Assembly (NCBI GenBank): GCA_963823035.1
Contig: CAWGKG010000005.1
Span: forward strand, 1 to 64,000
Source of the DNA: an uncultured Gemmatimonadales bacterium
GTDB lineage: Bacteria > Gemmatimonadota > Gemmatimonadetes > Longimicrobiales > Gaopeijiaceae
Direction of reading: 5' to 3'
DNA: 64,000 nt
The position numbers and the translations under genes are program-made. This document shows positions 18,255-28,676 of the stretch, in pieces (the first letter of the stretch is position 1; the number at the start of each line of letters is the position of its first letter). Below the pieces are notes generated by a model, which did no database searches, was not told the DNA's origin, and worked only from the letters and a program-made list of their open reading frames with translations.

Positions 18255-20791
18255 CTACGGCGCTCCGGGGTCCGCCGCCGTATGCCGCTCGGCGAAGAGC
18301 GCGGCCTGATCCGGCCTCTCCCACGCGCGATACAGGTCCTCGAGGCGCGCCGCCGTGGACGTCGTCCACACGTCGTCCTCTCCACGGTCCCGGCGGAAGG
18401 TCTCGTAGCTGGAAAGCATCAGTGCCTCGGCCTCGGGGAAGCGCCGCTCGTCGACGAGCACCTCGGCGAGGCGCACGGCCACGATCACCGTGAAGTGGTA
18501 GTCGCGGCCCCGCTGCTCGACCCACCAGCCGTGGAGGTGCCGGTAGATCGCCTCGGCCTCCGCGTACTCCCCCTCACGCTGAAGGATGTGCGCGAGGCGC
18601 GCGCTGAGCTGGCCCCAGAGCGTGTGATCGCGACCGAACAGCGTATCCGCGAGCGCCTGGCCGTCGCGGGCCATGCCCTCGGCCGCCGCGTACGCCCCTT
18701 TCGCCTCGAGGAGCTCGGCTCGGTTGGCGAACGCCTGCACCAGCGTGCGGTTCGGCTCCGTGGCGAGGGCGCGTTGCAGCGCCAGTGCCTCCGCCGTCAC
18801 CGAGTCGGCGGCCTCCACCCTCGTGCGTGCGCTCAGCAGCGCGCTGGCGAGGGCGTTGAGGGCTACGCCGACCAGCGGATGGCGGTCGCCGTAGACCGCG
18901 CGATTCGTGGCGACCCCGCCGCGCAGCACCTTCTCGGCACGCTCGTGCTCGCCGCCGTACTGCAGCATCCGGCCCAGCCAGACCTGGCTGCTGGCCAGCT
19001 CGGGCGTGGGCGTCGGAGGGAGGCTGTCGATCATCGCCTCCCACGCGGTAAACGCGCTGTCCGCGGCAGCCATGTCGTGCAGAGCGTGCAGCGACGACCC
19101 CACGCTGAACTGCGCCTCAAGCAGGAGCGACCGGTCGCCGAGGCCCCTCCGCGTGCGCTCGACCACCTCGCGGTACAGGGGCACGGCCTCCGCGAAGGCC
19201 TCCTCCGACTCCAGCGTCGCCGCCAGGTCGAACAGCGTGCCGGTCAGCTGTCGCTCGTCCGGCGTCGGGCTGGCGCGCTGCAGCGCCAGCGATCGCCGGA
19301 GAAGGGCGGCTCCGCGCTCGTGCTCACCGAGGTTCACGAACACGCGCCCGGTGACGCCGAGCAGCGTCGCCTGGACTGCCGGCTGGTCCGTGAGCGCGTC
19401 GGCGCGCGCGACGCCGCGCTCCAGCAGCTCCCGCGCGGTGATCGTGTCGCCGAGGGCCTCCCCGGGGTCGCTGGCCTCGAACAACCCCATCAGGTAGCCC
19501 GTCACCTGGGCGGACTTCGCGGCCTCCGCGGTGGCCCGGTCGCGCTCGCGGGCGGTGGCGGCCTGCTGGACGAAGAGGGCCCCGGCCGACGCGATCACCA
19601 CGGCCGCGAAGCCGGCCGCGACCGCCACCCCGACGCGGTGGCGGGTCACGAACCGCCGCGCCCGGTAGGCAGCGGTTCCGTCGCGTGCGCGGACCGGCTT
19701 TCTGTCCAGATGCCGGCGGATGTCGTCGGCCATCGCCTCGACGGAGCCGTAACGCAGCTCGGGCTCCTTGCGGAGCGCCTTGAGCACGATGGCGTCCAGG
19801 TCGCCCCGCAGCACGCGGGCCCGTTCCCGCGGTTGCGGAGGGGCGGAGACCGCCTGACTCGGCCGTGCGGGGTCCTGCGTGAGCACCGCGTCCTCGATCG
19901 CCCGCACTCCGGGCCGGTCGGGCTCGAAGGGCCGCCTCCCGGTCAGCAGCTCGTAAAGGACCGCGCCGAGCTGATACACGTCAGTGGCGGTGGTGGCCGG
20001 CTGGCCGAGGATCTGCTCGGGGGCGGCATAGGCAGGCGTCATCCAACGCTGCCCCGTCCGCGTGTGCTGCGTCGAGGACCGGTCGCTCTCGTCGTCGAGC
20101 AGCTTGGCGATCCCGAAGTCGAGCAGCTTGGGCTCGCCGGACGGGGTGACCAGGATGTTGGCGGCCTTGAGGTCCCGATGGATCACGAGTTGGCGGTGGG
20201 CGTGATGGACGGCTCCGGCCACCGTGAGGAACAGGTCGAGGCGCGCGGGCACGTCCAGCCCGTGCGCCTCCGCGTACCGGTCGATCGTGAGCCCTTCCAC
20301 GTACTCCATGGCGAGCCAGAGCCGGCCCTCGTCGGTCATACCGCCGTCGAGGAGGTGCGCGATGCTCGGGTGGACCAGCTTCGCCAGGATCTGTCGCTCG
20401 GAGCGGAACCGCCACGCGGTGTCGGGGGTGTCGGCGCCGGGCCTCAGCAGCTTGAGCGCCACGCGCTGCGTGAAGGCGCCGTCCGCGCGCTCCGCGAGCA
20501 TGACCCGACCCATCCCACCGCGGGCGATGGTCCGTAGCACGCGATAGGGCCCGATCCTCGTTCCGGCCACGTCCCCGTCGGGGCGCTCCAGCGCCTCCGC
20601 CAGCAGGCCGTGCGGGGGCGACTCCAGGAAGGTCTCCACCCGGCCGTGCCCGGCCAGCACAGCCTCCACCTCGTCCCGCAACGACGCGTCGTCCGCGCAC
20701 AGCCGGGCGATGAGCGCCGGCCATTCCCGCACGGGCGATCCAGCACCTCGTCGAGGATGCGGCTCACCTCCGGCCAGCGGTCGGCGTTCAC
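18255..20791 (-). CDS. Ser/Thr protein kinase with TM and TPR repeats (frameshift near 20733)
   Basis: ARGGMGRV, VALK, HRDLKAAN, DFG, TPAYAAPEQ, TM helix, TPRs; N-terminal VNADRWPEVSRILDEVLD is in another frame. Confidence 0.9.
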
Positions 20792-21332
20792 GATCCGTCG
20801 CCCGGAGCCGCGCCGCTCTCGTGGAGCACCCGGTAGAGAAAGAGCTTGGCCTTCCTCCATCTCGCTCCACGGTGCGGGTAGACACGTGCAGCAGGCTCGC
20901 CACCTGTTCCTGCGTCATCCCGCTGAAGAAGAGGTACTCCACGATCCGGCGGAGGCGGCGGTCGACGGCGTCGAGCTGGTCGAGCGCCTGGTCGAGCGCG
21001 AGGAGCTCGTCCAGCCGGATCTCGTAGGCGCCGTGCCGCGCGGAGAGCGCGGTGGCGTGCATCCCGCCTCCCCGCTTCCTCGCCTGCTCACGCCGCGCGT
21101 GGTCCACGAGCACCTGGCGCATCGCGTGGGCGGCCACGCCGCAGAAGTGGGCGTCGTCGACCCAGTCGCCCGGCGAGCCGGCGCTGAGCTTCATGTACGC
21201 CTCGTTCACCAGCTCGTCGGTGCACAGCGCGCTGTCGCCCGCGCCGACCCGACGCAGCTGCCGCCGCGCGATCCGGCGCAGCTCGTCGTGGACGACCGGG
21301 ACCAGGGCGTCCAGCCGGCCGGAGGCGCCCAT
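20788..21332 (-). CDS. ECF sigma factor, kinase-associated TIGR02999 type (frameshift near 20860; start may be further upstream)
   Basis: VHDELRRIARRQL, LVNEAYMKL, AAHAMRQVLVDHAR, KRGGG, STRTVERD(W)RKAKLFL. Confidence 0.85.
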
Positions 21333-21494
21333 GTGCTTCGCAGGGGCACGAGAGGACTCGTCGACTGTGGACTTGGACCGCACGGCATGTCTCTCGGGGC
21401 AGCGTCGTCGTCGCGTCACCCGGCAACTTACGGCCGCCGGCGGCGGGAGGACAAACCGTTTCGCAACGGATGCGCTGGTGCCGAGGCGCGGGGA

Positions 21495-23279
21495 TCACGG
21501 GGCGCACGGACCCTCCACGAGCTGGGCGGGCGCGTCCGTGACAGCCGTGGGGTCCGCCCCGATGGGGACGTGGACCTCAACCGTCGTGGTCCCCAGGTTG
21601 CCGCTCGTGTCGAGGATGGCGAGCTCGACAACGTAGACGCGTCCGTTGCCGGTACCCTGGCCCTCCGCGCGCAGGTGAACGGCCCGGCAGCTGCGAGCGA
21701 TGACGATATCGCGGTGCGTCCGGTCGTCGTCTCCCCTTTCGGGCTCGTCGCTGGTGACGCGCGTGATCACCACGTCCTCGAGCGTGAGGTCCGGATTCCC
21801 ACGCACTTCGAGCACCAGGTCCCGCACCCGGAGCGTCCGATACCGGTGGTCCGGTGGGGAAAGCACCAATGGGTCCGGACCCACGACGATCTCGGGAGGG
21901 GGACGGGGCGCGGTGGGAACCTGGACGATCACCGTGGTGGGCTCCGAGAGCGCGCCGTGCTCGTCGCGGGAGACGTACGTGAAGACGTCCGTGCCGGTGA
22001 AGCCGGGGGCTGGCTCGTAGGTGAAGGCGCCGCTCGTGACGATTCGCGTGATCTTCCCGAACCTGGGCTGCGTGAAGCTGTTGAGGACCGAGCCGTCGCC
22101 GTCGAGGTCGAGGTCGTTCGCGCTCAGGCCCGGCGCCTCGATGGCGAGCGGCATGTCCATGAGCGTCGCGAACGCGTCCGGCACCGTGGTCGGGGGCCGG
22201 TTCGGGTCGGGGAGCACCTCGATCGCAACGTCCACCGGGTCCGACAGGTTCCCCTCGGCGTCCCTCAGCACGTAGGTGAAGGCGTCCGAGCCGACGAAGC
22301 CGGCCTCGGACTCGTAGGTGAAGGCGCCGCTGGTGACGATCCGTGTGATCCTGCCGTGCGCGGGCTGCGTGAAGCTGTTGAGGACGAAGCCGTCGCCGTC
22401 GGGATCGAGGTCGTTCGTCTTGAGCCCTGGTGCCTCGATCGCGAGGGACATCCCCACGGTGGTGGCGTAGTCGTCGGGGAACCCCAGCGGGTCCTCACCG
22501 CCGGGCGCGAGGACCTCGATGCCGACCGTCGTCGGCTCCGAAAGCGCCCCGCGCGCGTCCCTGGAGACGTAGGTGAAGGCGTCCGAGCCGACGAAGCCCG
22601 GATCGGGGCGGTACGTGAACGCGCCGCTGGTGACGATCCGCGTGATCGTGCCGTTGGCGGGCTGCGTGAAGCTGTTCAGCACGAATGCGTCGCCGTCCAG
22701 GTCGAGGTCGTTCATGCTCAGTCCCGGGGCTTCGATCGCCAGGTCGACGTTCATGAGCGTGCCGAAAGCGTCGGGCCGCGGGGTCGGAGGGCGATTCGGG
22801 TCGGACAGCACCTCGATCGTGACCCGGACAGGAGCGGACAGGTCGCCGTCGACGTCGCGCAGCGTGTAGGTGAAGGCGTCCGCTCCGACGAAGCCGGCAT
22901 CCGGCTCGTACGTGAAGGCCCCGCTGGTGACGATCCGCGTGATCCTGCCGTGCGCCGGTTGGGTGAAGCTGTTGAGGACGAATCCCGTGCCGTCGAGGTG
23001 GATGTCGTTCGCCTTGAGGCCCGGCGCCTCGACGGCCAGCGGATCGCCGGCGGTCGTCACGTACCGGTCGAAGACCCCGATGAGCGGGCTGGGGGGCGGC
23101 GTGCTCCCGAGCGTGGTCGTGGTGGGTGCCGCAGCGCGGCCGGGGGTCGGGCTCTCCTCCCCGGCTTCCGCGGGGGAGACCTCGGGTTCGGTGGGGCTTT
23201 CGCATCCCGAGACGAGGCAGGCGAGGGCCAGCGCGAGCGTGGTACGGCGGCCGAGGCATCGTCGTGTGAGCATGATCAC
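21495..23279 (-). CDS. Lipoprotein with four tandem Ig/cadherin-like (Big_9) repeats
   Basis: LVSGC lipobox; four ~95-aa repeats NDxDxDG..VLNSFTQP..GAFTY..GFxGxDxFTY; C-terminal SPPDH..GNGRVY domain. Confidence 0.85.
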   Translation of the reverse strand: MIMLTRRCLGRRTTLALALACLVSGCESPTEPEVSPAEAGEESPTPGRAAAPTTTTLGSTPPPSPLIGVFDRYVTTAGDPLAVEAPGLKANDIHLDGTGFVLNSFTQPAHGRITRIVTSGAFTYEPDAGFVGADAFTYTLRDVDGDLSAPVRVTIEVLSDPNRPPTPRPDAFGTLMNVDLAIEAPGLSMNDLDLDGDAFVLNSFTQPANGTITRIVTSGAFTYRPDPGFVGSDAFTYVSRDARGALSEPTTVGIEVLAPGGEDPLGFPDDYATTVGMSLAIEAPGLKTNDLDPDGDGFVLNSFTQPAHGRITRIVTSGAFTYESEAGFVGSDAFTYVLRDAEGNLSDPVDVAIEVLPDPNRPPTTVPDAFATLMDMPLAIEAPGLSANDLDLDGDGSVLNSFTQPRFGKITRIVTSGAFTYEPAPGFTGTDVFTYVSRDEHGALSEPTTVIVQVPTAPRPPPEIVVGPDPLVLSPPDHRYRTLRVRDLVLEVRGNPDLTLEDVVITRVTSDEPERGDDDRTHRDIVIARSCRAVHLRAEGQGTGNGRVYVVELAILDTSGNLGTTTVEVHVPIGADPTAVTDAPAQLVEGPCAP

Positions 23280-25489
23280 CTCCGGAGCGAGCCGACGGCG
23301 GCGGCACGTGGCGTGGTCGTGTCGGCCGGTTCGGGTTCGAAGGGTGGGGTGTAGCGCGGCAGGGAGAGGAGGTTGTCCTCGGTCGAGGCGTCGGGGTGGT
23401 CCCGGTAGTAGGGCTTGCCCTCACGGACGATGATCTCCTTCGCCTCGATCACGAGAGCACCCGCCTCCTGGAACCGCGCGAGCTCCTCCGGCGCCATGTC
23501 GAAGCGGAGCAGTGCGTCCATGGCGACGGAGAGGAGGGGCGGTAGGCCGTCGGCCTCGAACTCCTCCTGCGCGAGGCCGACCAAGTCGTCGAACCGCTCG
23601 TCGACGGCCAGGGTCAGCTCCGCGTCGGTCGGCGGTCGACCCAGCTCCTCCTCCAGACGCGCAGCCTCCTCCCTCCGTACCCGGCGCCCCAGGCGTGCCT
23701 CGAGCTCTGGACGTTCCCGCGCACGAAACGCGTCGACGAGGCGCCCACGCTCCTCCTCGATCTCGCGCCGGGTGATGCACAGGATGTGATCGATCTGGCC
23801 GCGCGGCGTATGCACACGACGCGGCACGAGGGCGATGGGGGCCAGGACGCGCGTGGGTCCGCCCTCGCGATCGGGCACCCTGCGCTCCGTGATCTGGTCG
23901 GGGGTGAGGCTGACCAGCGTGGGCTCACCCGCGGGGTCGGCGCGCCGGAACGCGCGCCGATCCGTTCCGGGCGCAATGGCGGCGAAGTCCTCCTCGAGCT
24001 CGGCGAAGTCGCTCACGCGGTAGCGCAGGTGCGTGACCGTTCCCTCCTCGTCCCGCTCCTCGTCGCGCAGGATGGCACCCCGCTCGGGGTGGGGCTCCTT
24101 TCCCAGCGTCGCGCGCCCCTCGAAGGCGATGCCCGAGAAGTCGATGCGCACGGCCTCGAGGAGGGCGACCACCTGGTGCCGCGTCTCGTAGATCGGATCC
24201 CATCGTCGGGTGGCTGCCGTGACGCGGTGCGGGAGCGCGTCGAGGAACGACAGGTCCGCCCCCTCGGCCGCGCCCGCCAGGAAGTGGGCCACCAATGGCT
24301 CCACAACCAGGCCGTTGGCGAGCATCAGGGCCAGAAACGTGCCCGCTCCGGCGACTACGTTCAGGCTGAGCAGGCCGACGAGGGCACCTCCGAGCAGGGC
24401 GAGGACGACGCCCGCCGGACCGGTCCTGAAGGCCGTGTCCACGTCCCAGGTGAGGAGGCCCTCTTCGATCTTCGGCCTGAGGAAGATGAGGAAGTGGAAG
24501 TCGGGATCGAGCGGGGCATCGGTGTACTCCCCGTGCACGTTGATCGCGAGGCCGCCCGCGGGCTCGACGCCCGATTCGCCCCGTACGACCACCTCGGGTC
24601 CGATGGTGATGCCCTTGATCTTCCCGATGACGTCGCTGTCCGGATCCTCGGGGCGGACCCGCAGCGGGAAGTGGAACCCGCCGTCCTTCCTTCTCTCCGC
24701 TAGGCGCGCATGCGCGTCGGGCCCGAGCGCGGCGAAGAGGCCGGGTGAGGTCGCGAACGCCAGGTCCTGACCGTCCGCGAGGAAGTTCTGCGCGGCGTCG
24801 AGGTCGCCACGGTCTTCCAGGAAGGCTCCCCGCTCCGGACCGGTCCGGAGCACCATGTTGATGTAGAGTCCGATGGCGTTCCGCGTGTCTACCGACCCTC
24901 TGAGCTTCCGCAGGGCCACGCTCTGGACGCGGCCGGTCGAGAGGCCCAGCGGGACCTCGCGGTCCACGGCGTCTTTGATGCTGGCGAGGAGCTCCGCCCG
25001 GTCCGCTCCCCGGCTTTCGGCCAGGACGACAACGATGCCACCGATTTCCACGACCTCGAGGGAGAGCCGGTGGTTCCTCTCGAAGCGTCCGTCCGGCTCG
25101 GACGTCAGGCGGAGGGTGGCGAAGAGGTCGAGACCACCCTCCAACGTCTCCCCGGTCAGGTTGTCGACGACGGTCACGAAGAGCCCGATGCGAACGTCGG
25201 CCCCGGACTCGTGGTCGAAGAGGATGTCGACGACGAACGCTCCCGGCGCGTCGGCGGGGAGCTCCGCGTCCGGATGGGGTGGGTAGAGGCGATCGTAATC
25301 CTGCCTCGGATGGACGGTCACATCCAGGTCGAGCCCGGGGTCGTCCGGATTCTCGGGCACGCGGGTGAGGCGCATCCGGGGGGATAGGAGACCCGCCTCG
25401 ATCTGGGCGAGGAGGACGTAGGCGACGTAGCGGTCGGAGAGGAGGGCCTCGGTATCGAAGCCCGAGGTGACCAGGGTGGAGTCGATCAT
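23276..25489 (-). CDS. Hypothetical protein (737 aa) with central hydrophobic hairpin
   Basis: Long acidic ORF with protein-like composition; RBS-like GGA upstream; stop overlaps the next start. Confidence 0.7.
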   Translation of the reverse strand: MIDSTLVTSGFDTEALLSDRYVAYVLLAQIEAGLLSPRMRLTRVPENPDDPGLDLDVTVHPRQDYDRLYPPHPDAELPADAPGAFVVDILFDHESGADVRIGLFVTVVDNLTGETLEGGLDLFATLRLTSEPDGRFERNHRLSLEVVEIGGIVVVLAESRGADRAELLASIKDAVDREVPLGLSTGRVQSVALRKLRGSVDTRNAIGLYINMVLRTGPERGAFLEDRGDLDAAQNFLADGQDLAFATSPGLFAALGPDAHARLAERRKDGGFHFPLRVRPEDPDSDVIGKIKGITIGPEVVVRGESGVEPAGGLAINVHGEYTDAPLDPDFHFLIFLRPKIEEGLLTWDVDTAFRTGPAGVVLALLGGALVGLLSLNVVAGAGTFLALMLANGLVVEPLVAHFLAGAAEGADLSFLDALPHRVTAATRRWDPIYETRHQVVALLEAVRIDFSGIAFEGRATLGKEPHPERGAILRDEERDEEGTVTHLRYRVSDFAELEEDFAAIAPGTDRRAFRRADPAGEPTLVSLTPDQITERRVPDREGGPTRVLAPIALVPRRVHTPRGQIDHILCITRREIEEERGRLVDAFRARERPELEARLGRRVRREEAARLEEELGRPPTDAELTLAVDERFDDLVGLAQEEFEADGLPPLLSVAMDALLRFDMAPEELARFQEAGALVIEAKEIIVREGKPYYRDHPDASTEDNLLSLPRYTPPFEPEPADTTTPRAAAVGSLRR

Positions 25490-25657
25490 GAGCTCGTCCG
25501 GGTTGGAGGGAGGTCCTTACGCCGCGAGCCCTGCGTGGTGCTGCGGGCAGCGTGGCGGGGGCGCTCGAGCGCCCGGGGGGCGATGCATTCCCCTCTCGTT
25601 GATACGGAGAAGCGCGGTGCGACCCGACGTGAGTGGCGCGACCAACGCCAAGGTTGT

Positions 25658-25777
25658 CGGGACAGCGAGAACCTCCCGAATCCTGAGATCCTGGCGGCGG
25701 AGATCGCCGAGGACCTGAGGGCCGCGCTGGAGGCGTTCGAGGCGATTCAGGCGGAACTAGAGACTACCGAACCCTGA
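25658..25777 (+). pseudogene. C-terminal remnant of type I R-M methyltransferase HsdM
   Basis: DSENLPNPEILAAEIAEDLRAALEAFEAIQAEL matches the typical HsdM C-terminal helix. Confidence 0.6.
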
Positions 25778-25814
25778 TGAGGGGGGATTCACCATGAGCA
25801 GTGACACACCCTTG

Positions 25815-26119
25815 TAGGATCTCCCGCTCCAGCCGCAGCTGCTTGTTCTCGCGCCGCAGACGCCGGAGCTCACCGCGCTCCTCCGTCGTCAGGCCGTCCG
25901 TGCGACGCCCTTCATCCTGGTCCAGCTGCACGGCCCAGTTCCGGATCGTCTGCGCCGACGGCTCGAACTCCTTGGCCAACTCCTCCGGCGTGCGCCCGGC
26001 CCGGACCAGCTCCACCATCTGGCGGCGGAACTCCTCAGGATACGGCGGTCTCGTTCGTGGCATCGTGGTCTCCCTCCTCTTCCCAAGAGGTGAGGTCTCC
26101 ACGAAACCGGGTCAACTCC
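25815..26119 (-). mobile_element. IS3-family left end + truncated orfA (copy 2)
   Basis: MPRTRPPYPEEFRRQMVEL..ELRRLRRENKQLRLEREIL, then sequence diverges; no orfB. Confidence 0.88.
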
Positions 26120-26123
26120 GCTC

Positions 26124-27011
26124 GTGGCGGTTGCCCCACTGCGGCTGAGCGCGCAGACGCGGCTCTCCGAGCGCGGCGCCTTCTACCTCTCGGTCGACAT
26201 GCTCGTCGGCGGCGCGACTGCCGCTGTCGGCGCGGTCCGGGCGCACCGGCCCGTGTTGGACGCCACGCTGCGCGGCATGGCGGGTGGGGCCGTCGTGCAC
26301 ACGGGCAAGCGCCTGGTCGGCACCGGCGAGGCCGCGGTCCGGCTCGCGGGCGTCGAGACGGTCGCGCTGGGCGCGAACATGGTGAGGAACGCGTCCGCGC
26401 CGGACGGCTGGTTCTCCGACCTGGTGTTCCCCGTCTATCCGTTCCTGGTCCGGAGGCTGTCGAGCCGGCCGGGCGATCGATGGTCCGTGCGCGTCTCGGG
26501 CGCGGGCGTGGTCGGCATCGTGATGTCGACGCGCTCACGGGGCACCCGCTTCAGCCTCGGTCAGTCGCTCCTGGCCAGCGGCGCGGTCTTCGTGACCGAC
26601 GCGCCGTCGCTCGGCTGCGCCGGCTGGGGCGATTGTCTCCTCCAGACACGCGGGCTGCACAACTACGGGTCGACGGTCTGGGCCCGGGGCTACGGCCGGG
26701 CGGACGAGGTGATCACCCACGAGTCGATCCACATGGCGCAGTTCGTCCTGAACGACGTGCTCTACGCCGAGCCCGCAAGCGATTTCGCGCTCGGTCGGCT
26801 CGGGCGGAGCGATTCGTCCGTTGGCCGGGTCTCGCGTTGGCTGGGGCGCCACGTGGTGGTCGACGCCTTCCATCCGCTCGGCCTGCTCAACATGGCGAGC
26901 GACGCGCTGACGTCAGCGTCGGCAGACAGCTTCGCCGAGCGGGAAGCCACGTTCTTCGCGGGCGAGGACCTGTGCGCGGCCCGGCCCGGCGCGTCGTGCA
27001 GGTCCTGGTAG
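26124..27011 (+). CDS. Hypothetical protein, possibly 5'-truncated by the IS
   Basis: 295-aa ORF starting directly at the IS end; contains HESIH (HExxH). Confidence 0.55.
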   Translation: MAVAPLRLSAQTRLSERGAFYLSVDMLVGGATAAVGAVRAHRPVLDATLRGMAGGAVVHTGKRLVGTGEAAVRLAGVETVALGANMVRNASAPDGWFSDLVFPVYPFLVRRLSSRPGDRWSVRVSGAGVVGIVMSTRSRGTRFSLGQSLLASGAVFVTDAPSLGCAGWGDCLLQTRGLHNYGSTVWARGYGRADEVITHESIHMAQFVLNDVLYAEPASDFALGRLGRSDSSVGRVSRWLGRHVVVDAFHPLGLLNMASDALTSASADSFAEREATFFAGEDLCAARPGASCRSW

Positions 27012-27185
27012 GGAGGCGACCCACCGGGTGACGCCGGATCTCACCGGAGGCGCCCACGTCTTTGCGGATCTCGGCCCTCATCGCGCCGACGCGCACCACC
27101 TCCCCGAGGTAGAACCTGTTCTGGCGGACCGCGCAGGTGTCGGAAGAAGCGGCCCCCGTGAACCAGAGGGCCTCGTCCAGGGCAG

Positions 27186-28109
27186 CTACGCCTCCGGCTC
27201 ATCCATCGCCATCGCTGTGGCGAGCGCCTTCCGGGCCGACTCAGTGATGGCCACCACAACGGGATGCTTCAACCGGCGGTCCACCGAAATGGCGAAGAAC
27301 TGCTGGCTGATACCGTGGGCCCGGCCGATCCGCTCGACGGCGAAACGCACGCGAAGGTCGTCGCTGATGATGGCGGGCGCGGCGAACATCCCGGCTCCCT
27401 CTTCCGCCAGGACGTTGATCAGATCGATGTCCTCCACCTCCGCCACGATCCGCGGCTGGATGGCGTTGCGGGCGAACCACTCCTCGATGGAGCGCCGCAG
27501 CGCGTTACCTTCGCCCGGGAGTAGAAACGGCAGTCCGTCCAGGCTGCGGGGGAAGTCCCCGCGGGCCTTGTCTGCCAGCAGCGGCGGTCCGAAGACGTCG
27601 ATGGGGCTCGATCCCAGCGGGTGGTTGAACGCCCGTACGCTCATGTGTTGCGGGATCGGCGTGTCCGCCAGCACCAGGTCCACCTCCTGCGTGGACAGCT
27701 CCGACATCAGCCGATCCGTGCCCTCTTCCCGCAGAACCAGCCGGACCGGGCCCTCCGCTGCGAACGCCGGAGCCAGCAGCTGGACAGCGACGAGGTTCGG
27801 CAAGGCTGCGGAAAGCCCCACCACAAGCCGCAACGGACGCCCTCCCAGTCCGCCGCGGACGGTCTCTTCCAGTTCCCGCATCACCCGGAAGACCTCGTCG
27901 GCGTAGTCGAGCACAACCCTCCCTTCCGCCGTCAGCTTCATCGCCCGTCCACTGCGGTCGAAGAGGTGATGCCCCAGCACCTTCTCCAGCTTCTGGATCT
28001 GCACGCTGATGGACGGCTGGCTCACGTGCAGCGCTTCCGCCGCCGCCGTGACGCTCCCTTCGTGCGCAACGGTGCGGAAATAGTAGAGCCGGCGATAGCT
28101 CAAGGCCAC
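27186..28109 (-). CDS. nhaR: LysR-family regulator, NhaR-like
   Basis: LSYRRLYYFRTVAHEGSVTAAAEALHVSQPSISVQIQKLE; FPRSLDGLPFLLP; ISVDRRLKHP. Confidence 0.85.
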   Translation of the reverse strand: MALSYRRLYYFRTVAHEGSVTAAAEALHVSQPSISVQIQKLEKVLGHHLFDRSGRAMKLTAEGRVVLDYADEVFRVMRELEETVRGGLGGRPLRLVVGLSAALPNLVAVQLLAPAFAAEGPVRLVLREEGTDRLMSELSTQEVDLVLADTPIPQHMSVRAFNHPLGSSPIDVFGPPLLADKARGDFPRSLDGLPFLLPGEGNALRRSIEEWFARNAIQPRIVAEVEDIDLINVLAEEGAGMFAAPAIISDDLRVRFAVERIGRAHGISQQFFAISVDRRLKHPVVVAITESARKALATAMAMDEPEA

Positions 28110-28166
28110 GGCGATCTCCCCCGGCGAAGGAACCGGTGCGACGGTCGACGCCGACGCGTGCGCACC

Positions 28167-28206
28167 ATAGCTATAACCTATGTCAACGAGACGAAATATA
28201 TATTTC
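28167..28206. promoter_or_regulatory. Candidate LysR box and AT palindrome in divergent promoter region
   Basis: ATAG-N7-CTAT (28167-28181, T-N11-A) and perfect palindrome GAAATATATATTTC (28193-28206). Confidence 0.5.
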
Positions 28207-28325
28207 ACATACAGCCCACGCCATGCGAGCTTTCCAGCGGGACGACAGGTAGGCGGCGCTGATGGCACGCGAGACGATGCTGGCCCGGGCGCCTCCGAGA
28301 TACGCCGACGGAAGGGGGCAGCCGC

Positions 28326-28649
28326 ATGGTGACGGTCATCATCGATCACCCGCAGAGCCGGGCGAACCTGCTGCGCGAAACGCTGCGATGGGATCCAGCG
28401 CTGCGCCGGGCAGGGATCCTATTTCTGAAGGTGGAAGGAACCGATGACGCCCTCTGGGTCCTGGTGCGGAAAGGCGCACGAACGGTGCGTCTCGGTCGCG
28501 GGCCGGAATGGCGGGCGCTGCCGCTGGAGCAGTTGAAGCAGAGTCTGCACGCGCAGCTGACGAGGATGCTCGCACCGGCTGGGCCTCTGTGGGACGGGTG
28601 GCCCGTCCGAGCGCCCTTTCCGAACAGCAGGTGGCGTTCGCCCGGTTGA
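28326..28649 (+). CDS. Hypothetical protein
   Basis: ATG with upstream GGGGG, divergent from nhaR. Confidence 0.45.
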   Translation: MVTVIIDHPQSRANLLRETLRWDPALRRAGILFLKVEGTDDALWVLVRKGARTVRLGRGPEWRALPLEQLKQSLHAQLTRMLAPAGPLWDGWPVRAPFPNSRWRSPG

Positions 28650-28676
28650 TTCCGGCACAGCGGTGGTGAGGAATAC

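Noticed and set aside
18255..21419. 1054-aa ECF sigma-kinase fusion in the ORF track
   Set aside because: Two nearby indels explain it; the natural sigma C-terminus and kinase N-terminus, with a GTGA overlap, are present in another frame.
8851..23354. Long antisense ORFs (e.g. 8851-11154, 18117-20537, 20610-23354) and similar ones across the eCIS
   Set aside because: Typical stop-poor shadow frames of GC-rich genes, with no motifs.
27028..27110. HVFADLG peptide resembling an XRE/HigA antitoxin N-terminus
   Set aside because: Too short, no HTH follows, and the ORF is the antisense shadow of nhaR.
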